From Vulcanimicrobiota bacterium (GTDB lineage Bacteria; Vulcanimicrobiota; Vulcanimicrobiia; Vulcanimicrobiales; Vulcanimicrobiaceae), in the NCBI GenBank assembly GCA_963795855.1, contig CAWCIZ010000004.1:128001-192000 (forward strand): DNA of 64,000 nt, read 5' to 3'. Within the stretch, counting starts at the first letter, position 1. Each line of letters begins with the position of its first letter. A program made the position numbers and the translations under genes. The notes beneath the pieces were generated by a model. The model did no database searches. It was not told where the DNA came from and was given only the letters and a program-made list of their open reading frames with translations. Shown here piece after piece: positions 1 to 10,072 of the stretch.

Positions 1-1
1 C

Positions 2-448
2 GGCAAGGCCGAGATCGTGCACGGGCGCGAGCGCGTCATCGCCTCGACGACGTTCGAAATGCGTATGCCCTCGATCATCCGCATGCTCTACTACATCAAG
101 CGTCCGATGCAAAAAGTCGCTCTGACGAAGAAGAACATCCTCATTCGCGACGATCACATGTGTCAGTACTGCGGCTTGCGCGGGGACCGGTTCATGACCG
201 TCGATCACGTGCTGCCCAAGAGCAAAGGCGGCCCTTCGACCTGGGAGAATCTGGTCTGCGCGTGCATGCGCTGCAACAATCGCAAGAACAACCGCACGCC
301 GGACGATTGCAACATGAAGCTCAAGCGCAAACCGCGCCAACCGAAGTACATTCCGTGGATTCAGATCAAGCGGAACACGCTTCCGGACGAGTGGCACAAG
401 TTTCTCTTCCTCTACAACGTATCTATCGAGGAGCGCGTCGAAACGTAA
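2..448 (+). CDS. HNH endonuclease (McrA-like); probably 5'-truncated by the window edge
   Basis: CQYCG...TVDHVLPKSKGG...WENLVCACMRCNNRK zinc-binding HNH motif; frame is open to base 2. Confidence 0.85.
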   Translation, partial: GKAEIVHGRERVIASTTFEMRMPSIIRMLYYIKRPMQKVALTKKNILIRDDHMCQYCGLRGDRFMTVDHVLPKSKGGPSTWENLVCACMRCNNRKNNRTPDDCNMKLKRKPRQPKYIPWIQIKRNTLPDEWHKFLFLYNVSIEERVET

Positions 449-466
449 GTCCTTGCTAGAGTCGTT

Positions 467-1300
467 TCACTTGCACTCGTTCACGGCCGAGAACACGCTC
501 TGCGCCAGAGCCGACTCGGCCGTTCGCGTTTGCGCCTGATTCTGCGCGACCGAGACGTAAAAGCGGGCGAACGGATTGTGCGCCAGCTCCGACGCCTGCA
601 CCGTTACGCCGGGTGATTCGCCTATGGGATCCGCGTGCGAACCTTGCCGCGCGCGCTCGGAGGCTCCGAGAACGTCCTGAAAAGACACCGGTTGATCGTC
701 GTGGCTCACGCGCGCGCTGCCGCCGCCGTTTATCGCGCCGCTGGTGCCGTCTCCCCGCGCGATGAGCGCCTGTAATTCGTACGTATCGGCCAACCCGTAG
801 ACTTGATTGAGGGCGCTGCGCTGCTGATCGGCGACGGCTTGCAACTGCGTCTTGAGCGCTGCTGCCTGCCGATCTTGCGCGGTTTTTACATCGGCCGGGA
901 AGCGCGAGGGGTCTTGCAGCAGATTGTCGATGATTTCGAGGTTGTGCTGCACCTCCGCCGAGAGCTGCATCAAGTGTTGAGCATCGAACTGCAGGGCGGG
1001 GTTCTGGTCGTACTCGCCGGAAAAGGCGGCTGCGGTGTTTCCCCACATTGCCTGTTGCTGCGAGCCGCGCACGCCGCTGAACTTTTGAAACTTCGTGAAG
1101 TCCTTGCCCATCTCCAGGAGCGCGTCCGCGGCATTGCCCACCAACTTGTCGTTGATTCGCAGCCCTTGAATAGTGAGAAAGACGTTCGACTTGAGCGTCG
1201 TGCAAAGAGGAGAAACGCGCTCTCGCACGATCGTTTTCAAAGGCGACGGCGATGGCGAAGGCACGGTGCTCATCGCAGCGGCAAAGACAAGCGCCAACAT
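467..1300 (-). CDS. Hypothetical secreted protein
   Basis: ATG at 1300 gives MLALVFAAAM followed by a PSPSPSP linker and a helical Q/A-rich body; divergent from bioA. Confidence 0.65.
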   Translation of the reverse strand: MLALVFAAAMSTVPSPSPSPLKTIVRERVSPLCTTLKSNVFLTIQGLRINDKLVGNAADALLEMGKDFTKFQKFSGVRGSQQQAMWGNTAAAFSGEYDQNPALQFDAQHLMQLSAEVQHNLEIIDNLLQDPSRFPADVKTAQDRQAAALKTQLQAVADQQRSALNQVYGLADTYELQALIARGDGTSGAINGGGSARVSHDDQPVSFQDVLGASERARQGSHADPIGESPGVTVQASELAHNPFARFYVSVAQNQAQTRTAESALAQSVFSAVNECK

Positions 1301-1388
1301 GCGACCTCTCTTTCGCTGTGGCAACGCACGCATTCGCTCGGTTGTGACACGCCAGGGCCTGTGTGCCCGAGCGCCAAGTTCTAGGCGC

Positions 1389-2612
1389 GTGCCCCGATCC
1401 GTCACGGGCGGCCTTTGGCTGCCATTCACGCAAATGGATGCCTTCGATTTTTCCCAGCGAACGTTCGTGCGCGGCGACGGGAACTACCTGATCGACGCGC
1501 GCGGCCGGCGCGTTTTTGACGCCGTGAGTTCGATTTGGACCACCGTGCACGGCCACTGCCATCCGCACATCGCGCAAGCGATTGCGCGGCAAGCCGCGAC
1601 GCTCGACCACGCGACCCTGCTGGGAGCGAGCAACCCGCTCGCGGAGGAACTCGCGCGGCGGCTGGGGGCGCTTTTGAATTTGGACCGCGTCTTTTTTTCG
1701 TGCGACGGCGCCAGCGCCGTGGAGGCCGCGTTGAAAATGTCGCTGCAGTATTGGCGCAGCGCCGGACAACCCCAGCGCACGCGCTTCGTGCACCTCGTCG
1801 ATTCGTATCATGGCGATACCGCTGCAGCCATGAGCGTTTCGGATATCGCGCAGTTCAAGACGCGCTTCGCGCCGCTGACGTTCGAGACGCACGCGTACGA
1901 CGGCGACGTTTCGGTGCTTCACGCCGGCGATGTCGCAGCAGTCATCGTCGAGCCGATCGTGCAGGCCGCGGCGGGGATGCGCATCGTGGATGCGGCCCGC
2001 TACGAAGCGCTCGGGCAGATAGAGCCGCTGCTCATCGTCGACGAGATTGCCACGGGTTTCGGGCGCACTGGGACGATGTTTGCGCACGAGCAACTCGATC
2101 TTCGGCCGGATATCGTGTGCGTCGGAAAAGGCGTCACCGGCGGCGCGTTGCCGTTGTCGGCAACCGTCGTGCGCGAACGCGTATACGATGCGTTTCGAGG
2201 GACGCCCGGCGAGATGCGGCAGTTCTTTCACGGTCACTCCTACGCGGGGAACCCTATCGCGTGTGCTGCGGCGCTGGCGAGCCTCGAACTTTTCGACCGC
2301 GAAACGACCCTTGCGAACGTCGTGGACTTGTCTGCCGCGGCGCAACCCGACCTGGCGCGCCTGCGCTCGCTGCGTGCGGTCCGGGAAACGCGCGAAGCCG
2401 GCCTGATGATCGGAATCGAACTCGACGCTTCGCGCTTGGCGGCCCATTCGGCACAGACACCCGCTTGGCGCGTCGCGAACGCACTGTACGAGCGCGGCCA
2501 CTTCACGCGTCCAATCGGCGACGTCATACAATTCGTTCCGCCGCTTTCGAGCACGCCCGAGCAACTGCACGTTTTCTTCGGAGATCTCGGTGAGTTACTT
2601 GCAGCGGGTTGA
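1389..2612 (+). CDS. bioA: 7,8-diaminononanoate aminotransferase (class III PLP)
   Basis: WLPFTQM, YHGDT, DEIATGFGRTG, GKGVTGG, HGHSYAGNP motifs; first gene of the bio cluster; GTG start at 1389 inferred. Confidence 0.93.
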   Translation: MPRSVTGGLWLPFTQMDAFDFSQRTFVRGDGNYLIDARGRRVFDAVSSIWTTVHGHCHPHIAQAIARQAATLDHATLLGASNPLAEELARRLGALLNLDRVFFSCDGASAVEAALKMSLQYWRSAGQPQRTRFVHLVDSYHGDTAAAMSVSDIAQFKTRFAPLTFETHAYDGDVSVLHAGDVAAVIVEPIVQAAAGMRIVDAARYEALGQIEPLLIVDEIATGFGRTGTMFAHEQLDLRPDIVCVGKGVTGGALPLSATVVRERVYDAFRGTPGEMRQFFHGHSYAGNPIACAAALASLELFDRETTLANVVDLSAAAQPDLARLRSLRAVRETREAGLMIGIELDASRLAAHSAQTPAWRVANALYERGHFTRPIGDVIQFVPPLSSTPEQLHVFFGDLGELLAAG

Positions 2613-3690
2613 AGCGGCGCTTGCGGCCGTGCGCGCCGCCGATCGGTATCGGACGATATCCGTTGATGAACGCACGTACGCAGCCGACTTTTCAAGCAAC
2701 GATTATTTGGCGCTCGCAGCCGATTCGCGCATGGTCGAGGCGATGCGCCACGTCAAGCGCGTCGGCGCGGGCGGAGCGCGCTTGCTGGGCGGACGTCATC
2801 GCGAACACGCGCTGCTGGAAACGGATATCGCGCGCTGGCTCGGCCGCGAACGAGCACTATTGTTCTCGTCCGGATATATGGCGGCGCTCGGCGCGATCCC
2901 GGTCTTGGCGGCATTCTGCGAAACGATCTATTCCGACGAGCTGAACCACGCGTCTCTCATCGACGCGATGCGGATATCCAAGATGCCACGCGAGATCTTC
3001 CCACACCGGCGCGCTCCGTCGAAGGCGGATCGGCGCCACCCCGCACTCGTCGTGACCGAATCGCTTTTCGGCATGGAAGGCGATAGAGCCGGCATTCCCG
3101 CGCTTCTCGCGCAGCTTCACGACGACGACATTCTGCTCGTAGACGAAGCGCATGCCATCGGACTTTTCGGCCCGCAAGGCGCGGGCCTCGCTTACGGCAT
3201 CGACGATCCGCGCATCGTCGTGCTCGGCACGCTGAGCAAAGCGCTCGGCGCGGCGGGCGGGTTCATAGCGGGCCCGGCGCCGCTCGTCGAGCTGCTGATC
3301 AATGCCGCGCGGACGTTCATCTTCGACACGGCGCCGCCCCCGGCCATCGCGTTTGCGGCGCGCGTCGGCATCATGCTCGCGAGAAATGCGGACGATCGGC
3401 GCGCGCGGCTTTTCGCGCGATCTGCGCGTTTGCGCTCCGGGCTGCGCGATTTGGGATTTCCGGCGCCGGATGAAGATACGCCCGTTGTTCCGATTGTCGT
3501 CGGAGATGAACAACGCGCGCTCGATCTGATGCAACGGTGCGCGGAGCAAGGAATCTGCGCACCGGCGATTCGCCCTCCGACGGTGCCGCCGGGAACGTCC
3601 CGGCTTCGCGTGTCGGTGCGATCCGATCATACGGACGAGCAGATTACGTTGTTGCTGGAGCAGTTGGCATGCGGCACCGTTACCTCGTAA
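2590..3690 (+). CDS. bioF: 8-amino-7-oxononanoate synthase
   Basis: FSSNDYL, NHASLID, DEAHA, GTLSKALG, IRPPTVP motifs. Confidence 0.93.
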   Translation: MSYLQRVEAALAAVRAADRYRTISVDERTYAADFSSNDYLALAADSRMVEAMRHVKRVGAGGARLLGGRHREHALLETDIARWLGRERALLFSSGYMAALGAIPVLAAFCETIYSDELNHASLIDAMRISKMPREIFPHRRAPSKADRRHPALVVTESLFGMEGDRAGIPALLAQLHDDDILLVDEAHAIGLFGPQGAGLAYGIDDPRIVVLGTLSKALGAAGGFIAGPAPLVELLINAARTFIFDTAPPPAIAFAARVGIMLARNADDRRARLFARSARLRSGLRDLGFPAPDEDTPVVPIVVGDEQRALDLMQRCAEQGICAPAIRPPTVPPGTSRLRVSVRSDHTDEQITLLLEQLACGTVTS

Positions 3691-4316
3691 CCGGCACCGA
3701 CACCGACGTCGGCAAGACGCGCGTGACCGCTGCGCTCGCTGCGGCGTTGCGCGTTGCGGGCGAGGCGCCGACGATTGTGAAACTCGTACAAACTGGTTTG
3801 GATGCGCGGGTGCCGGGCGATGCGGCGCGTGCCGGCGGGCTTTCCGGTTGCAGACATGTGGAGCTCGCGCGATTCCGTAAGCCCGCCGACCCGTGGTCCG
3901 CCGCGTTGGCCGAAGGGATGCCGACGGTTCATGCGGAGGACTTGGCGCACGTGATCGACGGCATCGCGGGAGCGGTCGTCGCGGAAGGCGCGGGCGGTCT
4001 GGCCGTTCCGCTGAATCGCCTGCAGAATTTTGCGACGCTTGCCGTTCTCGCCAAACTGGAAATCGTCGTCGTCGTCGGCTTGCGACTGGGATGCATGAAT
4101 CACGCGTTGCTCACGCTGGGGCTGTGCGATCAGATGCATCTGCGCGTTGCCGGCGGCGTGCTCGTGGACCGGTGGGAGCGCTCGGAGCCTTCGTACGTGG
4201 CGGACGTTCGTCGAGCGTTGCAGGGAAAAGTCGAGATTCTTGGCATTCTGCCGTTTGACCCTGACGAGGCGGCCGCCGTCGAGCAGGGCGCGCAGATGTT
4301 CGTACCGCTACTCTAG
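3669..4316 (+). CDS. bioD: Dethiobiotin synthase
   Basis: VTGTDTDVGKT P-loop, EGAGG, LGCMNHALLT. Confidence 0.93.
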   Translation: MRHRYLVTGTDTDVGKTRVTAALAAALRVAGEAPTIVKLVQTGLDARVPGDAARAGGLSGCRHVELARFRKPADPWSAALAEGMPTVHAEDLAHVIDGIAGAVVAEGAGGLAVPLNRLQNFATLAVLAKLEIVVVVGLRLGCMNHALLTLGLCDQMHLRVAGGVLVDRWERSEPSYVADVRRALQGKVEILGILPFDPDEAAAVEQGAQMFVPLL

Positions 4317-4332
4317 AGGAAGCACGACCGAG

Positions 4333-5316
4333 TTGATCCATCCTACGATCGAACGCGCGCGCGAACGTGCGTTGTGCGAGCGTGCCGCCGCGGATCGCGA
4401 GCTGCTTGCCGACCTCGCCGAACTTTCACAAGAACACGTGCCGGAACTGCTCGCGCTCGCCGATCGCGTGCGCGCCGCGTATTGCGGCGACTCCGTTGCG
4501 GTCGAGGTACTGTATAACGCCAAGAAAGGCGGCTGCTCGGAGGACTGCAACTTTTGTTCGCAGAGTGCCCGCTTCGCTACGGGCGTCGAACCGGAACCGC
4601 TCGGCTCCGTCGAGGGCTTCGTGGACGCGGCGCGCGATGCGCACGAACGAGGCGCGGCCGAACTCTGCATCGTCGTAGCGGTGCGCGGGCCTTCGGCCGG
4701 ATTGCTGGAGCGCGTCTGCAGCGCCGTGCCGATCATCAAAGACCGCTATCCGCTCAGGGTTGCCGTTTCGCTGGGAATCTTGCGCGAAGAGCACCTTGTG
4801 AAGCTCGCCGCTGCGGGCGTTGATAAGGTCAACCACAATTTGGAGACGTCGCGCCGGTACTTTCCGTCGGTGTGCACGACGCATACGTACGACGAACGCG
4901 AGCAAACCTGCCGGCTGGTCAAGTCTTCCGGTATGGAACTGTGCTGCGGCGGAATCATCGGCATGGGCGAGACCGTTCAGGATCGCATCGATTTTTTGAT
5001 TGCGCTCCAGGAGTTGCAGCCCGAGGAAGTGCCCGTCAACTTTCTCAACCCGCGCCCCGGCACGCCGTTCGGGGATCGTTCGTTAGTGGAGCCAACGGAG
5101 GCGTTGCGATTCGTGGCCATGGCGCGTTTGGCACTCCCGTCCGCGCTGATTCGTTTCGCCGGCGGCCGCGAGGTGACGCTGCAAGGCTTACAGGATCTCG
5201 GCATGCGCAGCGGCGCCAGCGGCCTGGTTCTCGGCAATTACCTCACGACTTCGGGACGCCAAGATCGCGACGACTTCGAGATGCTGGATCGGCTCGGATT
5301 CGAAGTCCTCGCTTGA
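4333..5316 (+). CDS. bioB: Biotin synthase (radical SAM)
   Basis: CSEDCNFCSQ, NHNLETS, CCGGIIGMGE, VPVNFL, GNYLTT; TTG start inferred. Confidence 0.95.
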   Translation: MIHPTIERARERALCERAAADRELLADLAELSQEHVPELLALADRVRAAYCGDSVAVEVLYNAKKGGCSEDCNFCSQSARFATGVEPEPLGSVEGFVDAARDAHERGAAELCIVVAVRGPSAGLLERVCSAVPIIKDRYPLRVAVSLGILREEHLVKLAAAGVDKVNHNLETSRRYFPSVCTTHTYDEREQTCRLVKSSGMELCCGGIIGMGETVQDRIDFLIALQELQPEEVPVNFLNPRPGTPFGDRSLVEPTEALRFVAMARLALPSALIRFAGGREVTLQGLQDLGMRSGASGLVLGNYLTTSGRQDRDDFEMLDRLGFEVLA

Positions 5317-5326
5317 CGTAACGCGC

Positions 5327-6817
5327 GTGGACCAGTCGAAGACGCCATACTTTCAAGCACTGCTCGAGTACGTCGATTCGGGCGTCATTCCGTTTCACAC
5401 GCCGGGTCATGTACAGGGCATCGGAATGGATCGCGCGTTCCGCGAATTCGTCGGAGACAACATCTGCGCGATCGATCTCACGCCGATGCCCGGAATCGAC
5501 GACTTGCTGCAGCCCGCCGAATCGTTGCTGGAAGCGCAGCAACTGGCCGCGGAAGCGTACGGCGCCGACCGTTCGTATTTTCTGATCAACGGCTCGACCA
5601 GCGGCAATCAGTGCATGATGATGACCGCCGTAAATCCCGGCGACAAGATCGCCGTACCGCGGAATTCGCACAAGTCCATGCTTGGCGGTCTGGTGATGAG
5701 CGGCGCGGAACCCGTGTACATGCAGCCCGTCGTGGACGAAGCGCTGCACATGGATCACTGCGTCACGCCGGAAACGGTCGCTCAGACGATCGTCGAGCAT
5801 CCGGACGTCACAGCCGTGTACATCGTGAGCCCGACGTATTACGGCGTCGCGGCGGACCTCGAATCGATCGTCAAGATCGTCCACGACGCCGGCAAACTGC
5901 TGCTCGTCGACGAGGCATGGGGCCCGCACTTCCATTTCCACCCCGCGCTGCCTATGTCGGCCACCGCGGCCGGCGCGGATCTGTGCATCAATTCGACGCA
6001 CAAAATGCTTTCCGCGTTCTCACAATGCGCGATGCTGCACCAGATCGGTCCTCGGGTACGCGTCGACCGGCTCGAAGCGGTTTTGAAAATGTTTCTTTCG
6101 ACCTCGCCGAATCTGCCGATGGTCGCATCGCTGGACGTGGCGCGCAAGCAAATGGCCGTGGAGGGCGCCGCGCTGCTCTCCAAGACCATCGCGCTGGCCG
6201 AAGAAACGCGCCGCCGCCTGAACGCGATCGAAGGCGTGTATTGTTTCGGCGAAGAGCTGCAAGCGCAGCCGGGCGTCTTCGATCTGGACCCGACCAAAGT
6301 GTCGGTGACGGTGAAAGATCTGGGCTACACGGGTTACGAAGCTTCGGAAATTCTGCGCCGCCGCTACAACGTGCAGGTCGAATTGGCCGACCTCTTCAAC
6401 GTCGTCGCGCTCTTCACGATCGGCACGACGCAGGCTGCGGCGGATCGGCTTGTGGAGGGCGTCATGGAACTCGCGCGCGAGGACCGCCCGATCGACATCT
6501 TCTCTCCGTCAGGCGTCCTCAAGCGCCGGATGAAGACCGGCACGTACAAGCTCCCGAAGATCCCGCCGATGCGCATGCTTCCGCGGGAGGCGTTTCTAGC
6601 GCAGACCGAATTCGTTACGTTCAAGAGCAGCAAAGGCCGCATTTGCGCGGAAACGATCTCGCCCTACCCGCCGGGCATCCCCGTCATTTCGCCCGGCGAA
6701 CAAATCACCGAGGAGATCATCGACTATCTTTCGCTCGAACTGAAGGCCGGTGTGCGCATGCAAGGGCCGTTCGACAAAGAGCTCAAGAAGATTCGCGTCG
6801 TCAAGGGCTTACAATAG
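5327..6817 (+). CDS. Orn/Lys/Arg decarboxylase (PLP, YaaO/SpeA-like)
   Basis: FHTPGH, NGSTSG, RNSHKS, VDEAWG, STHK, PYPPGIP motifs. Confidence 0.9.
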   Translation: MDQSKTPYFQALLEYVDSGVIPFHTPGHVQGIGMDRAFREFVGDNICAIDLTPMPGIDDLLQPAESLLEAQQLAAEAYGADRSYFLINGSTSGNQCMMMTAVNPGDKIAVPRNSHKSMLGGLVMSGAEPVYMQPVVDEALHMDHCVTPETVAQTIVEHPDVTAVYIVSPTYYGVAADLESIVKIVHDAGKLLLVDEAWGPHFHFHPALPMSATAAGADLCINSTHKMLSAFSQCAMLHQIGPRVRVDRLEAVLKMFLSTSPNLPMVASLDVARKQMAVEGAALLSKTIALAEETRRRLNAIEGVYCFGEELQAQPGVFDLDPTKVSVTVKDLGYTGYEASEILRRRYNVQVELADLFNVVALFTIGTTQAAADRLVEGVMELAREDRPIDIFSPSGVLKRRMKTGTYKLPKIPPMRMLPREAFLAQTEFVTFKSSKGRICAETISPYPPGIPVISPGEQITEEIIDYLSLELKAGVRMQGPFDKELKKIRVVKGLQ

Positions 6818-6877
6818 GAGGGCGATTGCCCGATAATGGGAAAAAGGCTCAAAACGCTCTAGAAGCGAGGGTCAGTA

Positions 6878-8425
6878 TTGGCGGTTAAAGCCGAGTCGTT
6901 CGCTCCCAATTGGGAACTCACACAACTCCTCGATATCTTTCCGCTCCCCATCCGGCAGTCGCTCGTTCGCCTTTCCAACCTCGACGCGATGATCGAGGTA
7001 GTTTTGGATTTGGGACGACCGCCCGAGGCGCGCTTCGAAAACGATTTCGTGTATCTTTCCGAGACGGCCGTTACGCCGGAAGATATCGCGCACGTCTGCT
7101 CGCGTTTGTCGACGTTCGGTGCGGACAACCGCGCCGGCATCGAACAAACGCTGCACCGCATCAGCGCGATTCGCAATCGCACCGGAAAGATCGTCGGCCT
7201 CACGTGCCGCGTCGGACGCGCAGTGTACGGAACGATCGACATTCTGCTCGACATTTTGCGCAGCGGAAAATCGATTTGTCTGCTCGGGCGCCCGGGTGTC
7301 GGAAAAACGACGATGCTCCGAGAGTGCGCGCGCGTGCTTTCCGAAGATCGCAAACGCGTGGTCATCGTCGACACGTCGAACGAGATCGCCGGCGATTCCG
7401 ATATTCCGCATCCCGGCATAGGAACGGCGCGCCGCATGCAGGTCGCGGATCCGGCGCTGCAGCACTCGGTGATGATCGAGGCGGTCGAAAATCATATGCC
7501 GCAGGTCGTCGTCATCGACGAAATCGGCACGGAAGCCGAGGCCGGCGCGGCGCGGACCATCGCGGAGCGCGGCGTCGCACTCATCGGGACGGCGCACGGG
7601 CAAACGCTCGAGAATCTGCTGATGAACCCCACGCTTTCGGACCTCGTCGGCGGGATCAGCGCCGTCACGCTTTCCGATGAAGAAGCGCGCCGCCGCGGAA
7701 CGCGCAAGACCGTCCTCGAGCGCAAAGCGCCGCCGACGTTCGACGTCGTCGTGGAAATTCACGACCGCGACACGATGGCGATCCACAAGAACGTCGCGGA
7801 CGTCGTCGACGCACTCCTGCGCGGTTATCAACCGCAGCCGGAAGTACGCAAACGCACCGCCGGCGGACAGGTGCGGATCGTTCAGGAAGCCGACACCGAG
7901 TCGATGCCGCAGCTCGCCGCGTCCTCCGCGTATCACGACGAAGAACGGGAACGTGAGGACCGCGACAAGCCGCTGCTCATTTTCCCGTACGGCGTTTCCC
8001 GCAACAAAATCGAACGCGCGGTGCACAATCTGCGCGTCAACGCCTCGATCGCGCGCAACTGGGACGACGCGGACGTGGTTCTCACGCTCAAGACGCTCGA
8101 ACGCAAAGAACAGCCGAAGCTCAAACAGATCGCTTCGGAAAACATTCCGATTTACAGCATCAAAACGAATACGACCACGCAGATTCAAGGGTGCCTCAAA
8201 GACGTGTTCAATCTGCCGTCGATCGACACGGAAGAAATCGCGCTGCGTGAGGCGGAAGAAGCGGTCTATCAAGTCCTGCTGGACAGCAAAGCCATCGAAC
8301 TTTCTCCGCAAACGTCGTACGTGCGCCGTATGCAGCACCAACTCGCGGAAAAGTACCGGCTGCAGTCTCGCAGCACGGGACTCGAACCGAACCGGCGAGT
8401 GCGCATCTTCAAAACCGAAGCGTAA
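6878..8425 (+). CDS. Ycf45/SpoIIIAA-like AAA ATPase with C-terminal R3H domain
   Basis: GRPGVGKTT Walker A, DTSNEIAGD, VIDEIG, GTAHG; C-terminal RRMQH R3H motif. Confidence 0.88.
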   Translation: MAVKAESFAPNWELTQLLDIFPLPIRQSLVRLSNLDAMIEVVLDLGRPPEARFENDFVYLSETAVTPEDIAHVCSRLSTFGADNRAGIEQTLHRISAIRNRTGKIVGLTCRVGRAVYGTIDILLDILRSGKSICLLGRPGVGKTTMLRECARVLSEDRKRVVIVDTSNEIAGDSDIPHPGIGTARRMQVADPALQHSVMIEAVENHMPQVVVIDEIGTEAEAGAARTIAERGVALIGTAHGQTLENLLMNPTLSDLVGGISAVTLSDEEARRRGTRKTVLERKAPPTFDVVVEIHDRDTMAIHKNVADVVDALLRGYQPQPEVRKRTAGGQVRIVQEADTESMPQLAASSAYHDEEREREDRDKPLLIFPYGVSRNKIERAVHNLRVNASIARNWDDADVVLTLKTLERKEQPKLKQIASENIPIYSIKTNTTTQIQGCLKDVFNLPSIDTEEIALREAEEAVYQVLLDSKAIELSPQTSYVRRMQHQLAEKYRLQSRSTGLEPNRRVRIFKTEA

Positions 8426-8451
8426 TCGAGGTCCGTGTCGAAGCACGGTTG

Positions 8452-9061
8452 GTGTTCATTTCTTTCGAAGGCATCGAAGGCAGCGGCAAGTCCACGGTCA
8501 TGACGGCGGTCGAGCGCGCGCTGCTCGCCGACGGTCACGAGGTCGTTCTCGCCCGCGAGCCCGGCGGTACGCCGGCGGGCGATGCGGTGCGCGCGATCTT
8601 TTTGCAGCCGGGCATCGCGCTGAATCCCGAGACGGAGATGCTGCTGATCAATTCGTCGCGCGCGCAGACTCGTGGGCGACGTCGTTCGACCGGCCCTTCG
8701 GCGCGGCGCGGTCGTGCTGTGCGACCGGTACGTGCATTCGACGCTCGCGTATCAGGGTTACGGCCGCGGACTCCCGCTCGATCTCGTGCGGTCGGTGTGC
8801 GATGCTGCGACCGGCGGCCTCATGCCCGAACTCACGCTGCTCGTCGACGTTTCGTACGAAACCTCGCGCGCTCGTCTTGCGGCGCGCGGCGACGGCCACG
8901 ACCGCGTCGAGCAGGAAGAAGAAGCGTTTCACCGCCGCGTGCGCGACGGCTACTTGGAGCTCGCCCGGCGCGACGAACGTTTCGTGCGCATCGACGGCGA
9001 GCGTGCGCCGGAACAGGTTGCCGATGCCGCATTAGCGGCGCTATCGGCCGTCATCGCATGA
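8452..9061 (+). CDS. tmk: Thymidylate kinase; apparent +1 frameshift at 8668
   Basis: FEGIEGSGKST and REPGGT in one frame, LCDRY...AYQGYGRG in another; removing A8668 restores RAQLVGDVVRPAL. Confidence 0.92.
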
Positions 9062-10071
9062 GCGATCTGCATTTCGACGTGGTCGGAGCGGAAGGACCGA
9101 AGCAGTTCTTTTCACGCCTGACCAAAGAGACCATCGCGCACGGCTACCTCTTCACCGGAACGGGCGGAGCCGGCAAGAAAACGTTCGCGCGCCGCCTCGC
9201 GCAATCGCTGCTGTGCCAGGCGCCGCACCCGGCCGGCATTCTCGGTTACGACGGTACGTGTACTTCCTGCAAACTCATCGGCAAGACCGAAACGCGGCAT
9301 CCGGATTTGCTCGAAAGCGTCGGAGCGTTGAAAATCGGCGAAACGGATGAAGCGCTCGGTTTCCACGAAACCGAAGCGATTACGTCGCGGGATTTGGTGC
9401 GCCAACTCTCACTGCAGTCGTACAGCGGAGGCTTTCGCGTTTTCATCTTGGGCGACGTCGATTTCGCCTCGCCGGCCGCCGCGAACGCGCTGCTGAAGTT
9501 CTTCGAAGAACCGCCCGCGAGCGTCGTGCTTCTCGTGACCTCGTCGACTCCGGCGCGGCTGCTTTCGACGATTCGCTCGCGTCTCATCGAGATTCGTTTT
9601 CCCTCGCTTTCCGCCGCACAAGTAGAAGCGATCCTGCGCGAGCACGGCTTCGGCGAAGAGCGCGCGAAACTCGGCGCAGGGTTGTCGCAAGGCTCGGCCA
9701 CGCGCGCGATGGATGCGCTGGCGGAAGAGGAAGAGCATTTGCGAGGTCAGGTCGCCGCTTGGTTCTTCGAAGTGGTCGGCGGGACGACGCCGGAAGGTAC
9801 GTGGGCGACGCGCGAAACGTTGGACGAAGGACTCGAGATCCTAAAAACGCTGCTGCGGGATTGGGTCGCCCTGACGAGTGCCGGACGCAACGCGCGTATT
9901 CTCGCGCTCGACTACGACGCGGACCTTCAGAAGTTGCCGAAAATCGATTCACAGAGCGCGATTGCGGCGTTTGCGAAACTCACGGAAGCGCAGCGTCTGG
10001 CGCGCACCAACGTGAGTCCGGCGCTCGTCGCCGATTTCGTGCGTATGGCGCTGACCGGGACGGCCGCTTAA
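9058..10071 (+). CDS. holB: DNA polymerase III delta' subunit
   Basis: HGYLFTG..GAGK, HPD, AANALLKFFEEPP, TIRSR; follows tmk with ATGA overlap. Confidence 0.88.
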   Translation: MSDLHFDVVGAEGPKQFFSRLTKETIAHGYLFTGTGGAGKKTFARRLAQSLLCQAPHPAGILGYDGTCTSCKLIGKTETRHPDLLESVGALKIGETDEALGFHETEAITSRDLVRQLSLQSYSGGFRVFILGDVDFASPAAANALLKFFEEPPASVVLLVTSSTPARLLSTIRSRLIEIRFPSLSAAQVEAILREHGFGEERAKLGAGLSQGSATRAMDALAEEEEHLRGQVAAWFFEVVGGTTPEGTWATRETLDEGLEILKTLLRDWVALTSAGRNARILALDYDADLQKLPKIDSQSAIAAFAKLTEAQRLARTNVSPALVADFVRMALTGTAA

Positions 10072-10072
10072 C

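Noticed and set aside
2..448. HNH nuclease as part of a defence or mobile system, or as the AGCT-recognising enzyme
   Set aside because: It looks like the widespread stand-alone McrA-like HNH family. No methyltransferase or mobility gene is visible and the upstream context is outside the window.
8449..10071. 540-aa apparent Tmk-HolB fusion ORF
   Set aside because: Artefact of the extra base at 8668. The middle is out-of-frame tmk sequence, and holB has its own ATG at 9058.
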